From Camelus ferus (lineage: Eukaryota), in contig NC_045696.1 of the NCBI RefSeq assembly GCF_009834535.1, positions 104,968,001 through 105,032,000 of the forward strand: a stretch of 64,000 bases of DNA. The letters run 5' to 3'. The translations under genes and the position numbers were made by a program. Below are positions 13,766 through 24,397 of this stretch, one piece after another (position 1 is the stretch's first letter; each line of letters begins with the position of its first letter). Below the pieces are notes generated by a model. The model was given only the letters and a program-made list of their open reading frames with translations. It was not told the DNA's origin and did no database searches.

Positions 13766-13877
13766 CTTTAGCCGCGAGGAGGCGGCGCTGCGGGCTGCCC
13801 CCGCCGCCGCCGCCGCTGCCGCTCCCCACGCCCAGCGCCAGCAGGAGCGGCACCCAGCACAGCCTCCCAGTCAGCAT
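13766..13877 (-). CDS. CLSTN2: Calsyntenin-2 coding exon 1 (signal peptide; MLTGRLCWVPLLLALGVGSGSGGGGGGSPQRRLLAAK plus 1 nt)
   Basis: The translation closely matches the human CLSTN2 N-terminus as I recall it (MLPGRLCWVPLLLALGVGSGSGGGGDSRQRRLLAAKV). ATG context is AGG-ATG-C. The 112-nt segment ends at AAAG|GTGGGT, a phase-1 donor consistent with the next residue being Val. It sits in a CpG island. Confidence 0.96.
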
Positions 13878-13880
13878 CCT

Positions 13881-13887
<7 letters not shown>

Positions 13888-13923
<36 letters not shown>
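13888..13923 (-). repeat. (GCC)12 / (GGC)12 trinucleotide repeat in the CLSTN2 5'UTR
   Basis: Twelve perfect GCC units on the + strand, ending 10 nt upstream of the ATG on the minus strand. Confidence 0.95.
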
Positions 13924-13926
<3 letters not shown>

Positions 13927-14142
13927 GCCACTTCCAACGAGCTGCCGCCGCCGCCTACTCCCCGCGTCGGCTCGCCTCCCGCTGTCCGCCGGGCTGCGGG
14001 CAGCCTCGCCCTTCCGCTGGGTGCGTTTCGGGCGCCGCCGCGCTCGGCCTCCGGTGTCCGCCGCCGCGCCGCTCGCTCGCCGGCAGCAGCCGCGCTTACT
14101 GGCGCGGACCCCGAGCGGCTCCGGCGCTCACCCCGGGACGGC

Positions 14143-14159
14143 CCGTGACGTCACGGAAG
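14143..14159. promoter_or_regulatory. Full CRE (TGACGTCA, 14146-14153) in a 14-bp palindrome with an overlapping ETS-like CGGAAG
   Basis: The sequence reads CCGTGACGTCACGGAAG, about 270 bp upstream of the ATG. Confidence 0.75.
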
Positions 14160-14819
14160 GAGGGAGGTGGCTCCTGCATATTAATGAGACGCGGACACTG
14201 GCAGCGGCTTCTGCGCTCGCGGCTTCGCGGCCCCGACCCCCAACTTTCCTCCGCCGTCCTCGAGCTCCTGGGCGCTTCTGCTCCACTCCTCCTACTCCAG
14301 GCGGGACTCCGTTCCCAGAGGATCCGGGGAGCGGCTACCGGGAGCCCTCCGGCCCTGCGGCCCCGCTCCGGCTCTCAGTGGGTGGCTGGCTCGCTCAGAA
14401 GTCACCTGGGGCCTGAGCGTCGTCTGCAGGGACGCAGGACACCGTGCCCCGCCACGCCCTTGGAGCTGACAGCGGTGCGGAGGGGCGGGCGGGCGTTGCT
14501 GCGGGTCCTGCCCTTGGCCGGGTCTCTGGAAATTCTATGCCGCCTGGTCTGGGGAGGGCGCCATGCACACGCTCGAGTTGGAAAGCGCGAGTTCTGCTCT
14601 GAGTTGCGGAGCCGGGTAAATCACCAAGGACCCGGAGGGCAATGGCAATGGCGGGACTCTGCACCATCGTGGAGGCTGGTGGACCAGATCACAAAAGGCA
14701 GACTTGGGTGTGCTGGGCCTGACAAGGCTACAGTGGGACAGAAACTTCCCTGCAGTGTGGTGCCAGGCAAGAAGTTACCATCTTTCTGTTCACTCCACGT
14801 ATCTTAAGACCAAGCCACC

Positions 14820-14827
14820 TGACGTCA
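14820..14827. promoter_or_regulatory. Second full CRE (TGACGTCA)
   Basis: Exact palindrome at the upstream edge of the CpG island. Confidence 0.5.
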
Positions 14828-16171
14828 TGCCTCGTAACACCTCATGCCATTGAGTAATTGTCAGTTTCCCGAGTGCAAGGGCTGTGAACTCTTGACGGCC
14901 CCTCACCACCCCCAGGCCACACAAGGTTCATCGAGCTACTCCATAAACATTAACTAATAAATCCTTGACCATATTTGCATATACTTACATGCAGTGCCAA
15001 TATCACACACAGGTCAGGGTTCACAAGGAATAGATAAGGAAACAGAGAAACATAGAAACAAACGAAAGTTATTTATTCATTGATTCAACACGTTTATTGA
15101 GCATCTAGACAGAGTGTGTCATCCTGCCACGGGCCACTAAATTAGACACTAGAGGTCCAAAAGACTAAGGAAAGTTTTCTGTCCTCTCCTCAAAGCCTTT
15201 GTTCCTGAGAAGCCGGCGATGGCAGTAAAAAGCAATTACAATGCTTTGTAAGTGTTATGGCCGTGCACATTCTTTATGTTGCTAGATATGAGCCTATACA
15301 AATCAATTAACAAAATGTATATGTTACAATGGTGTCTAAACAGCATCCTATAATTAATAGCTGTAGTTTGGGGTACTCAACAAAGCCATAAAATCCATTA
15401 ACAGCCCTTGTGCTGCTCAGCAGCTCTGCACTGCCCTGGCAGCTTACCCGGAGCCGGAGCCGCTGCAGTTGTGCAGACTGACTTTTCTGCATTTCTAGGC
15501 ACCGAGAGGTGCTTGGGGTATAGCCATGAATCCTGGTGGCTGCAGGGAGGTTCAGCCTGGGCAGGGTGCTTCACCTGCAGATCTCCTTTAATGCACAAAA
15601 CCAATATCTGTGCTGTTGTCATTTCACACAGGAGCAGACCGGGAGGCTCACGGAAGTTATGTGACTTCCTTGCCCAAGGTCAAAGGACTAATAAATGCCT
15701 CAGGCCAGCAAGAGGCTCTTGCCTTCTTCAGACTTCAGGTCAGGATCTGGAAAGGATGGCATGGAGAAGGGGAAGCTGACACAGGCAAGATCACGGACAT
15801 CAGCAAATAGAGGAGAAATATAAATCTGTCTCATTTTCTTCCATTTATGCTCCATCCAATTACGTATCTGCCTCCCCTTGATTTTCCAATAAGCAGACTT
15901 ACCTTACTAACTTAGCTGCACTGTCCCTTGAGGTCATTCTACTGAGTTCCTTTAAGACCATCTGGTTAGTGCCAAGAATTTTACGTGAAATTTCAAATGC
16001 AGACCAAACAATGAGAAAGAAGGAAATACAGCTGATTGGAAAGCATCCCCACCCCAAGTAGATCAACACAAAACACAGCACAGAAAAACACCAGGGGGCA
16101 GGCCAGTGACCAAGAAGCACAGCATTGCTAGCTTCCATCTCCTCCTCCACCAATGGGGGTAATAACAGTGC

Positions 16172-16612
16172 CTATCGTGGAAGATAAAGCACACTAATGG
16201 CCCCTATTTGTTCATGTCCCCCCGGAATTCATCCCCTTTAGATGTACTCTGCCCCCCAGCTCAGAGCTTGACCATGTGCCTTGCTCTGGCCAGTGAGACA
16301 GTAAGTGCATGTTTCCTCTTCCTCTCTTGGACCCCTCCCACCATGGCGAGAAGAAGCCCCGGAAAACCTGCAGGAAGGTGAGAGGAGACCACGTGGAGTA
16401 GAGCTGAGCTGTCTAGCCAGCCAAGGCCGTCCCGGGTGGTCACCCAATGACCACCTCCCTCAGCTGAACATAGACACATGAACAAGCCCAGCCCATACCA
16501 GCCAAGCCTGACCCACATCAGAGCTGCCCAGCTGACTCATGAGAAATAATAAATGGTTGTTGCATTAGGCCACTTTCTTTTGGGGTGGTTAATAAGGAGC
16601 ATTACACCTACT
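16172..16612 (+). mobile_element. Old MLT1-type LTR
   Basis: 3' end reads gagaaataataaatggttgttgcattaggccact...ggggtggtt. Confidence 0.55.
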
Positions 16613-18119
16613 TCATATGGGCATTACAAGAAGGAAAGGAGAAAATGTATTGGAAACACTCAACATGGTGCCTGGCACATAGTCATTGTTCAGTAAACAT
16701 AAAAACGTCTCCCTTTCATCCCTACTTCCCAAGTCTCTGAAGTGCCAGTCAGAACCCTGACTTGTGTTGCTTGAGAGAAAGTCTTCTGTATGGAACACTG
16801 CTGCGCCCTCCGCTTGTGCTGGGCCATTGCAGATGCAGAAATGCCTAAAGCAACCCAAGAGTTAATGGGCCCCCATTCACTTGGTGCCAGGCTTTGCAAT
16901 GGGGGTTTTGCATTCCATACATCATTTAATCCTTGCAATAACAGGTGTTATTTTCCCCAGATTACTGCCAAAGAAAGGTTGAGTAGCATCCACATTCACC
17001 TAATTGTACAGAATATGAATTCATGCCTGCCTAATTCCAAATTCCATCTTTCTCCCACACATCATGGTTTTGAGAGAAGTATGGAGGATAAGTGAGCAAC
17101 AAAAAATAGTTTGAAATCAGAAGAGGCAGCTTTGGGAATTCAATTTTTTAAAAATTGTTACCCACCATCACTTAAGAATGATGACCATTTAAATAACTAA
17201 GTGGCACCAAAGTAGTGATACAGATCTCTGAATTTGCTGAGGCTGCACCCTTCATTCTTGACTCACTATTGGGGCGTGTTCCTTTACATGACCTTTCTCC
17301 AAAATTGGTGAACAGGATGATATAAGGCATTGGTCACTTTAAGCTCCCAGCCCAGGGCCCCACCTGGTGATGCAGTAATGAATCTCAGACAATTTATTTG
17401 GGTCAATAATTTTTAATAAATAAATAACTCTCCCATTTCAGAAAAGAGAATCTAACAGGCATGGACCTGATAGAAACACAGCCATTCCCTCTCATTTTCA
17501 CCAGGGTCATTAATGCCTTGCCCAATTAAGCACCAAAACACCGCCTCTGAATTATTTAAACTGGATAAATGGAGAAAATAAATAAATGATGCCAGCTGAT
17601 GGAAACTTATTTTTAAAAAGAAAATTAAACTGAGGCTTGCTACATGACCTAAATTTAATTTCACTGAAAATACTTGACTTTAAAAGAAGGATGGAAAACC
17701 TGATTCTTGAAGAACTGGAGTCATTTATTGCTCATGTTCCCCATCTTCGCTGGCAAAGCTGGGTCTCTGTGACCCACGAGGAACTGGACAGGTTACAGAA
17801 TTTTCAACATCTCTCATATGTTTTGGTGCTAGTGCAGACGCTGCTGCTGCCAGAGGAGCTTTTTAAAGTTTGGGCATTTATCTTGAAGAAAAAGCGAGAC
17901 AAGCTTGTTCACAACCACATCCAGTTCATGTTCGACATTGTTTAGACATGAGTGTTCTATGTTTGGCGAGGCAGAGTGCCTGACTGAAAACAAAGATGTC
18001 ATTGATTATAGCAAGGAATTATTCTGGTACACTCTCCTGCACTTTCCTTGGACCTTTATACCCTGTGATTTAAAACAAACAAACAAACAAACAACAACAA
18101 CAACAAAAACCAGCCATAA

Positions 18120-19112
18120 CATTCAATGACCTTTCTCCCATTGAGGAATGGCCTCTATCTTTTCTCCCCTTGAATCTGAGCAGGCTTGTGACTGCTTCTA
18201 CCCAAAGAATCTGACAGAAGCAATGTTGTGTGACTTTCCAGACTAAATCAAAAAGGCAGTGTGGCTCTGCCTTGTGCACCGGGATGCTCACTTTCGGAGC
18301 CCAGAGCAAAGTCCAGCTACCCAGAGGCCACCATGCTGTGAGGATCCCAGGCCATGGGAGGCCACATGTAGATGGGCTGACAGCCCCAGCTGAGTCCAAC
18401 ATTGGAGTCACCCCAGAACTTCCAGATAATTCCATTTCCTAGCTGCTAAATCATCACCAGCTGTTTGGATCTTCCCAACTAAGGCCTCAGACAACATGGA
18501 ACAGAGTCAAACCATTCCCACTGTGACTTGCCTGAATTCCTCACCTTCAGAATCCACGAGTGTCGCAGAAGGGTTGTGTAGCAGCACATAAAATACTGAC
18601 CAGTTTAAACTGGTTTTGCTTCCTTAAACAGGTTGTTAATTAATCAAGCCTTGAGTTATTTTACAGAGATAGCACTGTGCAGGTGTGAGACAGGAACCCA
18701 TGTCGCTAGCATGACCCTGGAACCAAGAATCCTTAGTCTAGAGAACTTAGAATCGAAATATTGCCACTGAAGCCCTCTATGAAGCAAGAAATCCTTCCAG
18801 AAGGAAAATCTGACTTCTGGCAGCCGAGTAGCTTATATGCACTAATTCAAGGCTGATCAAACAGCTTTCAAGTTTGACATTCCCTTAACCCCTTAAATTT
18901 CACCCTGAACCCTGTATCAGGGAGATAGATTTGAGAGCCTTGCCTTTTGTCTCCTTGCTGGTTGACCTCTCAATAAAGCTCTTTCTTTTCTCAGAAACCA
19001 GTGCCATAGTATTGGCTTCTATGTGTGTCAGGCAGGGAGCTTTTGCTCAGTAACAGGTGTTGATGCCACTAAGTTTGGAGGTAGTTTGTGATGCACCAAG
19101 AGTAACTTGAGC
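18120..19112 (+). mobile_element. MLT1-type LTR split by a nested ERV solo LTR
   Basis: cccttgaatctgagcaggcttgtgactgctt before 18577 and gccactaagtttggaggtagtttgt after 19055. Confidence 0.7.
18577..19055 (+). mobile_element. ERV1-type solo LTR nested in MLT1
   Basis: TGTA...TAACA termini, AATAAA at 18972, and imperfect 4-bp TSD gttg/ggtg. Confidence 0.7.
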
Positions 19113-19244
19113 ACTTATTCTAATTTGTTCCCTACAACCAAGAACAAGAAAAGAGAAATATGGTGATGTAAGTCATCTGTGTAATGTGTAATTAGTCCCA
19201 TTTCGTAGCTCAAATGTTGAGACTTGTAGAGTTCAAGAAAGGGA

Positions 19245-19490
19245 ACCAGTGGGGTTTAGTGGAAAGAGAATGACCTCTAGAATCAGGCAAACCTAGGTTC
19301 CAAACCCAGCTCTACCATTTTCTAAGTAAGTACGACTCAAGAAAGCTACTTATTCTATTTGAACCTGAACTTCCTCATCTACACATCAGGATGTAGTATG
19401 TAACCTAATATAACAAGGTTGTTTTTAGGGTTAAATGAATAGTAAAGAGGTGAATCCTTTCCCTGCCAAGTGGTAGAGAGGCAGTAAATA
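19245..19490 (+). mobile_element. MIR SINE
   Basis: aacctaggttccaaacccagctctacca...ttcctcatcta. Confidence 0.65.
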
Positions 19491-19880
19491 AAGCCATCGA
19501 TAGTGATGGCAGATACTCAGAGGGCCACACCTGCTGATGCTGGCTTTTTTCTGACTCTTAGTTCAGCATTTGTTTTCTATGCAGGAAAAGCATGAACACA
19601 TGGACACACATGGGACCATCCCAGCTCCAGCCCCACTGGCAGCTTTGCCAACACAGCTGCAAGAAGCAGCCAGAGCCAGCCAGATGTTCTGTGAGTATCT
19701 AAATCTGCTGTGTCAGTCCAGGGCTTTGTTCCACTAAGGTGGGATGAGAAGGAATCTGCCATTTATTGAGCACCTACTATGAGCCAGACTCATTTGGTCC
19801 TCCAACATCCCTGGAAGGTGACTTATTATTCCCATTAGTCACCTAGAGAAATTAAGGCTCAAAGACATGAAGTCACACTG

Positions 19881-20449
19881 TGTGTAAGGGTTCTTCAGAG
19901 ATAGATAGATAGATGGCTAAAGACAGAGAGATAGATACTGAGAAATAGATATGGATATAATCATATATATTTCTATCTCTATTTCAATCATTAGATAGAT
20001 AGATGGATGGATAGATAGATAGATAGATAGATAGATAGAGTAGATATGGAGGGAGAGAAGGAGAGAGATTTATTATAAGGAATTGGCGCATGCAATTACA
20101 GAGGCTGACAAGTCCCAAGATCTGGGCCCTGGACACCCAAGAGAGCCAATGGTGTAGTTCCGAGTCCGAAGGCCTGAGAACCAGAAGAACCAATGGCATA
20201 GTTCCAGTCCAAAGGCTGGCAGCCTAGAGATTCAGAAAGAGCCAATATTTCGATTCTCTTACTCTGGGAGGATCAACCTTTTTGTTCCACTCAGGCCTTC
20301 AGCTGATTGGGTGAGGACCACCACAGGAGGGAGGGCCATCTTCTTTACAGATCCAAATGTTAATCTCATCCAGACACACCCTCACAGACACACCCAAGTC
20401 TGGGCACCCTGTGACCCAGTCAAGTTGACACAGAAAACTCACCATCACA
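19881..20449 (-). mobile_element. MLT2 (ERVL) LTR with an internal (GATA)n microsatellite, inserted in a MIR
   Basis: gatttattataaggaattggc...caagttgacacagaaaactcaccatcaca. Imperfect 5-bp TSD cactg/cacag. MIR sequence lies on both sides. Confidence 0.85.
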
Positions 20450-20759
20450 CACAGCTATAAATGAAGGAGTGAGATTTGAACTAAGGTCTGTGTCTGTCAC
20501 TGAAGTCATATTTTTCCATCTGAGTGAGACACGTTGTCCAGCTTCCATCACGGCTGTAGGTGCAGGGTTCGGATAGAGACCAGGAGGGCTGCCTGGAGTC
20601 ACCTTGACTGTGATACCAGCACAAGTTTCGCACAGCAGTCTTTGCCTTTCAGTGTGCCTGCACGGCTTCCTGGGACCTGGTCCTGCCTCCCTGCTGTCTA
20701 AATCACAAGTTCTTCTGCCAGACATTCCTGCCTTCTTTCCTTTCTCTGGGGCCTGACTT

Positions 20760-21960
20760 GAATCCCAGGCCCTAAGTTGCCCTCTGTCCCCATCCTATCC
20801 TGCATGGTCTTTATCTAACCTGCTGCCTAACCATCCATACCAGCTCCCCCTCACTGCTCAGATACTCTCTAAGGCTCCCCATGACGATAGCTGAAGGTCA
20901 AAATTCCTTCACCAGGATCCAAGACACTCAGCAGCCTGGCCTCTACTACCGATAACTTGACTTCCTGTGACTCCATCATGTATAAACTATGTTCCAGGCT
21001 GCTGCCTTCCATCTGTGCAAAGGCGCCCTGGCAGCCCTGCTTCTGCACCTTTGCTCACACTGTATCTTCTACCATCATGGCTTGAATTGCATCCCCCCCA
21101 AATTCATATATTGAAGTCCTACCCCTAGCACCTCAGACTGTGATTATATTCAGATATAACAGGATCTTTTAGGAGGTAATTAAGTTAAAATGAGGTCATT
21201 AGGGTGGCCAATATGACTGGTGTCCTAAGAAAAGGAAATTTGGACACACACCCGGAAGGCCATGTAAAGACACAGGGAGAAGACAGTCATGTACAAGCCA
21301 AGGAGAGAGGCCTCTGCAGAAATCAACCTTGCCAACAACTTGATCTCAGACTTCCAGCCTCCCATATTATGAGAAAGTTAATTATTTAAGCCCATCAGTC
21401 TATGTTCCTTTGTTATGGCAGCCCTAGCAAACTAACAGACGACCGGCAGTCTCTCCCTCTTTCCCCACCTCATCACTCAGTCCTTCCTCCAATAATCCTA
21501 CCTTCTCCTAACTCCCCAGCCCCGGTTAATCTTCACACCAAAGGCTTCCCAGCACACTTACAATAAAAGAAGAACATTTTTGTCTAACTCACAAAACCCT
21601 GCTTGATCTGCTCCCACCTGCATCTTAGACTGTTCTCTCCTGGTCCACTGGCCTTCGGTCCTTTGAACATACCAAGCTCTTCTCTGCCTTAGGATTGAAT
21701 GACCTCCTGAAATTTTAGTTCTTTCTGACTATCAGGTGACATTCAGGTCTCATCTTAAATGTCACCTCCCCAGAGAGTCCACCAAGTTACTGTCTACTCT
21801 CTTTTAATTCTCTGCAGTCACTCTTTGCTGGTATTTTCTTGTGAATTTACCTGCTTATTTCCCCCCTTGTCTCTTCCCAATAGAAGACAGACTTTAGGAG
21901 AGGAGAGACACATGTGGCCGGCAGGTGGGTGCTAGATACTTACTTGTTGAATGAATGAAC
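20760..21960 (+). mobile_element. L2 fragments interrupted by an MLT1 LTR
   Basis: cacctttgctcacactg, tcttaaatgtcacctcc, and the 3' end tacttgttgaatgaatga. Confidence 0.6.
21075..21437 (+). mobile_element. MLT1B-like LTR
   Basis: ttgaattgcatcccccccaaattcatatattgaagtccta...ttatggcagccctagcaaactaaca. Confidence 0.85.
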
Positions 21961-23870
21961 AAGTGGTTAGCCTTCTCTGAGCAGAGCATTTTTTTTCTGC
22001 ATCACTCTTTTTTGACTATTTCACCAAACATCATATTGCAAAACCACTTTAATGTCCACTCTCCTTATAAAAATCTAGAAGTTATATTTTCATGTAGCTT
22101 GAGCATCAAGCTGGAAAATTAAAAAAATTCTTACTGATGGGGATGGTGGTAAAGAGTAAGAGAGTATCTTGATGAGTGGGTGGTGAGAGTATTGTTTTCA
22201 TTTTATACGTGATGTAGTGGAAGCACAGAGAGGTTACATCGTGGGCTTAAAGTCACACAGCCTGGGCTAGATTCTAGTTCTTTTGTTGCCTGACCCAAAG
22301 CTCTTTCTCTAGATGGTGTCCAGTTACATAATGGGGGTTAAGAGGTATACAAACATCAGTGCTTAAAATGCCTGGAGCTGACCAGACTAGGAGCCAGGAA
22401 ATGCCCTCCACACCAACAGCCCAATGGAGAGGTTCCCTTGAGAGAAAAGCGAAAGGGTAAGTATTTCTCTGCTTTCCCAGTTCAGAGAAAGAGGCTACCC
22501 ATGCCTGCTCGTTCTCTTTCACAGTCTTCCATGTTTGCTAGACTGCTCCAAGGATATCATTTCACCTAAGTAATTTTAAAGTTTTATGTCTTTCATATTT
22601 CTCAATATTTAAGAAATTCTTTTCCAGGTTGGCATGGTAATGTGTAGTGAATCATGTGTCCAAAGGGGACAGGATATATTATAGCACCTTCACATGATGT
22701 TCTACAACATCTGGGAATATCAGAAAGCTGGTGTCGTGTGGTGGCACATGACAAACGGTGTGTATTTGCCAGCAGAGGAATTGAAGGCCATTAAAAACCC
22801 GATGCCTTCCCTCAATGGCAGAGTGTGCCTTCCTTCCTGCTTTAGTTCACGAGCAACTGAATATTGGAAGCTGACTTTATTGGAAAAAAATACCAAACTA
22901 TTTTTTAGATTTAGAGTTTAGGGATGAATACTCTTAAATCAGACTACTGAAATCCAAAGTAAATTCATTTTCCTAAAATTGGTCTAAAGGTTGATTTAAT
23001 ACTGCAGCTACCTAGGAGAAAGAGAGAGAAGGAGGGAGAGAGAGAGAGAGAAAGAGGATTTTTCAAAGAGCAAGTGAGCAAACAATGATTAAGCATTTTA
23101 AGAATTTATATAATACAATTCATATACACGAATATGAAACTTTGTACTTTACAAAAAGAGATTAAGGCTTCTTTTAAACCCTTTATAGAAACTGATCAGA
23201 TGCCTGTATCTTCAAAGTGCTTAAAACATGCCTGTAATTAATAAATTCTTTAAATAGCTGAGCTGTTATTGAGGAGTAAATATGCCACAAAGACACTTTG
23301 AGACACCCACTGCTAGTTCACCAACAGGTCCTCATGGAAGAAAACTCTAAGATGGAAGAAGAAATAAGAAATAGTGAACAATAAAAAATATGTGCATAGA
23401 TCTAAATGAGATTTAAGCAATACAACAAAATAATACAACAGAAATAATAGCCAAAATAACTGAGTACCCTGAGTGTCATATAAACAAAATAGCAACAAAA
23501 TACTGGGCAAAAATAGCCTGAACACTAGGAGGGAAAGATCTTAATTAAAATAGTCTTTGTTTACAAGTATGCTTGCTTAAACATTCAGGGTAAGCAATTA
23601 AATATGATATAGAACAAATATCAAAACAGAAACAGATTCACAGACATAGAGAGCAGACTAACGGTTACCCGGGGGTAACAAGGGTGGAAAGAGATAAATT
23701 GGGAGTTCAAAATTTGCACCTCTTGGGGAATGATGGAAATGTTACCTGTCTTGATTGTGGAGGTGGTTTCATTGGTGTATACATCTATCAAAATTCATCA
23801 AATTGCAATGTGCGTAGTTTACTGTTCTGAAATATGTGTAGTTTACTGTTCAGGAATCATACCGTAATAC

Positions 23871-24397
23871 TGAGGTGGGAAGCCCCATAAAAAGACCGGC
23901 AGGACCCCCAGGCAGGGCCACTACTCTCCTGCCATCACCATCTGGTTCCCTGGCCCAGAGGCTCTATCTCACTTTTTCCTCTGAAACGGCTTATTTACCC
24001 CTAAAATTCTATTGGTTCCCTGAACTCATTTCTGATTGGTTGTTTCCTTCACTCCTGATTGGTTATTTCTCTCACTCCTGATTGGTCCTTTTCCTTCATT
24101 CCTGATTGGTTATTTCTCTCCCCGACTGATCTAGTTCTACAAAGCTTGTTCCTAATTGGTCAACTTTTGTTATACTTTATTTGCATATGATGTTGCAAAG
24201 TGTAAACTGGCAGCCTATAAAAGCCTGTGTAAACCTATAGACGCCATCCAGAGTTTGGAGTGTTAACTCTTGTGGGCCCGGTGGCGTAATAAACCTGCGT
24301 TCTTCAACTGTCCGAGCGCTGCTTCGTCTCTCCCTGGATCCAGGTTTCTGTCACAACTGAGCTATAACGCTGAGCTGTAACACATTTTTCCACAACA
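23871..24397 (+). mobile_element. ERV1-type solo LTR with a tandem CCAAT array
   Basis: TG...CA termini, TSD atac/atgc, ATTGG repeats, octamer ATTTGCAT at 24179, TATAAAA at 24216, AATAAA at 24288. Confidence 0.85.

Larger units (their letters stand above)
12860..14680. promoter_or_regulatory. CLSTN2: CpG island, CLSTN2 promoter and 5'UTR
   Basis: Very high GC and CpG density against a CpG-depleted background. It spans exon 1 and contains CRE, GC-box and E-box motifs. Confidence 0.92.

Noticed and set aside
13381..14148. 255-aa plus-strand ORF (Pro/Ala/Arg-rich)
   Set aside because: Antisense shadow of the GC-rich CLSTN2 exon 1 and CpG island, with a TTG start and low-complexity composition.
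14145..14807. 220-aa plus-strand ORF
   Set aside because: Stop-poor CpG-island sequence, GTG start, no recognisable protein.
24010..24130. Periodic 23-bp repeat as a CRISPR-like array
   Set aside because: No unique spacers, eukaryotic context, and it lies in the U3 region of an LTR.
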